Shown piece by piece: positions 60,157 through 64,000 of a stretch of 64,000 bases of DNA. The stretch's first letter is position 1. Each line of letters opens with the position of its first letter. Made by a program: the position numbers and the translations under genes. The notes beneath the pieces were generated by a model. The model was not told the origin of the DNA and made no database searches. It worked only from the letters and a program-made list of their open reading frames with translations. The stretch comes from Selaginella moellendorffii (Eukaryota; Plantae; Lycopodiophyta): the NCBI RefSeq assembly GCF_000143415.4, contig NW_003314292.1, positions 1,309,498 through 1,373,497 of the forward strand, in the 5' to 3' direction.

Positions 60157-62060
60157 GGAGGTGCTGTCTGCCGGCTTTACTTGGATCACGGGCCATGATA
60201 AGTGCGGCCTGGTCTCCTCTACATAGACACAACTAGATCAAAAAGCTTCTACTAGATTTGCATTAACAGTAAACATCGCTTTACTAAAACGGTGAGAGTT
60301 TTCTTTTCTGCACTGGGTTTCGATTTGCAGAATGGGGAGTTTGCGTCCAAGTTGTCGATGGTCACGCCGTAATGCTTGTGCTACTCCGGGGACACCTCCG
60401 CCGCCGACGCCGCCGCCCCAAATGCAGCACTGCTTAAATGTGCTCGGTGGAGTTCCTCCCCTCTTTGCTGAGCTTGACTCTCGAAAGTACGCGATGGTGT
60501 GAAGGCCCCGGACCACGCTTGACCTCCGCCAAAACACGGGCCAAATGTGTGCTCGAAAGCATGCGATGGTGCGAAGGGTGATGAATGGAAGGGCGATTGT
60601 GCCGGTGCGTGGGATCGATAGCCAGTCGGCCATCAAGGTGAAGATGGCGGATGTTTTGGACACCGTTTTCCCGGGCTGCCAGGGCCGGATCGATTTCTAC
60701 GTGGGCATGGACACCAGTGGCTTCCAGATGCCCAAGTCGACAGTGAAGATCCACTTGAGCGTGGAGAATCACAGGCTCCTGGGCTTGATCAAGGAGCTGA
60801 TGATGGATCGGGTCGACGTCGGCGAGCTCCTGGCGCTGGGACGAACAGGCTCCAATCCGGACGTGGTGCTTGAAAAGGTGGCATCTCAAGAGCAAGAAAA
60901 CGAAAACGTCGCCTCTCAAGAACAAGAAAACTTCGCCGGCTCTCTTTCCCGCCACAATCGTCCTTCGCGCCAGCGGCAATGTCGCCACCAAGTCAGTGTC
61001 AAGATCGTAAACATCGAGCTTGCAACGAGCTGCTCTTTCCCACTCGCCTGGCGGCCATGGACGAGGTAGCTCCTCTTCCACGCCTTCCCAATCCTCTTGT
61101 AGTAGTCCTGAGCTCCCACAAACGCCTCCAGATCCTTGACCAGCGCCTGCTTGAGCTCGGCATCCATGGAGCAATCCAGCGTCTCCAAGCTCGCGGGATG
61201 ATCGAATTCGCAGCTCGCGCAGCTCAACTTGTACATACCCGGTGGTGAAAAGGCGGCGGCGCGGTGATGTGAGAAAAGTAGGCCTGGATCACGTCGTTGG
61301 GGAATACTTATTTATAGGACAATCGTGGCATATCCGCGTGGCAGACCTTAGCAGTCTCAACGCCACATCAGCAAGCCACCTGTGCCTCAAACTACGTAAA
61401 TGCGATTAGTTTGCGCCTCCTCTAAATTCATGGAATCTCAACCTGAAAAACAAGGAATCTAGGCCTGGCAAGACATACTAGATCTAGTTCATCGCATCCC
61501 AGAGACTCAAAGGTATCTTCATGGACAGATTTTATTCCACACTGCTCCACCAGGTTCCGAGAATGACATGTAGAGTGATCTGGGTCGGCTGGCGTGGAGT
61601 GGCAGCATGGATATCACGTGCCTGATGGGTGACCTGATCGTGCTCAAGCTCAGCTTGGGAAGACCGGAGAAACAAGTGCGAGTCCAGGCATTTGGATGTA
61701 TACAAACTTTTGTGCATCGAATGCCTACTTCTGCAAAGGAGCTGCTCGATATGGGTGAAACACTGGAGAACCTTTGCAGAGCGCAAGAAGGGGAGCCCTG
61801 ACTTTTAAGAATCAATATGAGCTGGGAGAAACAAGCACAAGGACGTAGCTATTAGTTTTGAGACCTGAAAAGATGGATAATGGAAGAACTCACCTCGTGC
61901 AGCGAACTTTTGTTTTCACGGAGATGTTGTGTTATGCTGTGGAACAAACAAAAGATTAGTTCAACACTGTTCATGACTATAACAAAAATCACAACATAAA
62001 ACCGTGAAGTAGCATTGCTGTCCTCTGCAATATGCTCAACCCTATCCGTCTAGCCGCGCA
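60157..62060. repeat. Direct segmental duplicate of 38310-40930
   Basis: Collinear identity from GGAGGTGCTGTCTGCCGGCTTTACTTGG through GACTATAACAAAAATCACAA. Confidence 0.92.
60290..61300 (-). pseudogene. AAA-FG-tail pseudogene with deletions and an internal inversion (~60605-60980)
   Basis: FDHPASLETL...HGRQASGKEQLVA lies on the minus strand but GIDSQSAIKVKMADVLD...GELLAL lies on the plus strand. Confidence 0.9.
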
Positions 62061-63139
62061 GACTTATCGCTTTGTTTTTTTTTCATGGCCGTGCACTGAG
62101 ATTTCTTATCATGTTTACATTGTTCGTGACTTCTTTGAAGACTCACAGTTTGAACTCATTCTTTTGTTGCCTTTCCATCAATGAATAGTCTATGATACTC
62201 TTGTTTAAAGTTGACCAAGTCAAACACAGTCTTTAAAGACTGTTATTAATATTTTATATAAATGAGGATTCCGAAATCCCAAGAATCTCACAGTTGGATA
62301 AAAAATGAATAATAATTTTCTGCACTTTGAACACTTGGTTTGTTTAATAATATTTATTAGTCATATTAAACAATTAAAAGGTTATAATTTTAAGGATTAT
62401 AATTTATAAACACAAGATTAATGTTGTAGAATAAACTAAAATAAATTAATAAAAAATGAAACATTTATAATATAAGAATATTTTAAATAATATTAAATAT
62501 ATATTAAAATCATTTTTGCATATATAAATTATCCAATATTTTAGGACTTAATAATTTACTAATAGAATGTTTTAACCATCAGTTGAGCATTGCAGTTAAA
62601 ATACTTTGCATTCATGCCACCACCATCCTCTTTGATTGTAATTGTTGTAAGGTCCTTCTCTTTTGAGAGGTTTTGGCAATCTAGGGATTCATCAAGCTAA
62701 AAACATGAAAGAGAGAGAACACACATATTATGTAGGCAAGAATCCCCAGTTACCCTTGCATGGACGTCCATGTAAACATTGAGCTTATAGAGCAATTGGC
62801 ACATGACATATTTTTTCTTTCATTGTTTCTCAGGATAATGTAAAAGTCAAGGTCTTCTTAGGATTAAGGTTGACGATATATAGGTAGAAATTATAAACTT
62901 TTCCAACGAGAAGATGATAACAAATTGGAGTGGAAATATATATAAATGCATTTTAAACTTAATTTAGAAAAAATAACAGTCACATCCATTTGCTAAAACA
63001 ATATAACAAACCAAAGAAACTATATGATTAAATTTTATAGTTTTAAGCACAGGCTATGAATCTATAATATAATTAAAATGTCCATAATTTATGTCTTGCA
63101 AGTATTACTAAGGGTAAGGTCTATGCTCTTTCTTGTATA

Positions 63140-63510
63140 TAGAACCGATGCAAACTATGTGGTCCAGGAAGTCCTTCTACGAGTTTAAGGATCTCGTCAA
63201 GGAAAGAACAATGAGTGCATTCACGAGCTCATGGATCAGAGTTCCTGGTCGGCCTTGCACTCTCTTCTTGGCTTGTGGAGTTTCAAAAGAGGAGTCGAGG
63301 AGAAGCTTAAGACCCATAGGGATCTTCTCGCTATAGGCCTGAATTCTCTTCGTTCTAACTGGAGTTCTCGTTCAGGTTCTTCCTTGGTACCTAGAGCGGC
63401 CTCCGTCAGGTTTTCGCCCATGTATATGATTGGATACGACAATGAATGCTGTTTCGCAAGGGATCCTGATACTGCGTTCGTCAGGAGGTTGGAACTTGGA
63501 AGGCAACCTG
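63140..63510 (+). pseudogene. Collapsed ARG1/ARL-like DnaJ remnant
   Basis: LDTTMNAV plus ARDPDTAFVRRLE (frameshifted) resembles ARG1 MDTTVNALAAAKDPESAFFKRLE. Confidence 0.55.
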
Positions 63511-63879
63511 TTTCACACGTTTTTTTTCTTTGGTTTCATGAAGTGCTCGTGCACACAGTTACACCATCGAGGCAAAGAACGCAGTGCAAAATGAGGACCA
63601 TGTAATGGCAAAAGGAACGAAGGTACGTGATTTTAAAGCTCTGTGAGTTCTTATCACATTCCTTTTGGGAGATCATGGAAACAAAACGCAGCAATTCTAT
63701 TCAAAGCCCGCATTTTTTGAAGAACCGGAACAAGATCCCGGAGCTCCAGGAATCGCAGGTTCATTGTCTCCGCTTCTCTGGGCTTCACCAGTGATCAGTA
63801 GGAAAACTTCATTGGTTTTTCGTCCAGAAAGAGATCTCTCTTTTCTCTGTGGCTTTGTTTAAGAACGGATGCTCGCGCT

Positions 63880-64000
63880 AACTCTAGCAATCCTATGTGG
63901 CAGAAGGCCAGGGCAATTGAATCCACGAAACCCGGGACCTCGTTCGATCGGATGCACGAGAGCGACATCATCAGCTGGAATTCCATCGTTACAGGCTATC
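63880..64000 (+). pseudogene. Start of another PPR gene or remnant, running off the window
   Basis: FDRMHESDIISWNSIVTGY at the window end; upstream frame is disrupted. Confidence 0.6.

Noticed and set aside
61519-61815. ORFs in the duplicated block (also 40450-40720)
   Set aside because: The two copies differ by frame-breaking indels and no domain is recognisable

Overview
Eukaryotic plant nuclear DNA with one 100-N assembly gap at 29844-29943. Very short GT-AG introns, compact genes and many S/SS-type PPR genes point to a lycophyte, most likely Selaginella (inference). The conserved gene core contains the 3' end of an FAD oxidoreductase, a PMEI, two PPRs, mitochondrial-type S6, and a co-oriented ATG18-TIC100-SLAC/SLAH-COR413-DUF1279-RabA run at 25.3-38.1 kb. 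It is interleaved with accessory regions (about 6-22 kb and 38-64 kb) full of deletion-collapsed gene copies, local duplications and transposons. Highlights: (1) an intact 587-bp Cassandra-type TRIM whose LTRs carry a 5S rRNA internal promoter, with PBS, PPT and a CATAT TSD; (2) a near-perfect 95-nt hairpin made by inverted duplication inside a SWEET-like pseudogene, a candidate young MIRNA; (3) an intact BCS1-like AAA protein with destroyed Walker motifs fused to a nucleoporin-like FG/PF tail; (4) a family of intact 'half' OCT/MFS-like membrane proteins that co-duplicates with it; (5) a pervasive microhomology-deletion signature that shrinks duplicated genes to about half their length. All homology calls are from motif recognition, not database searches.
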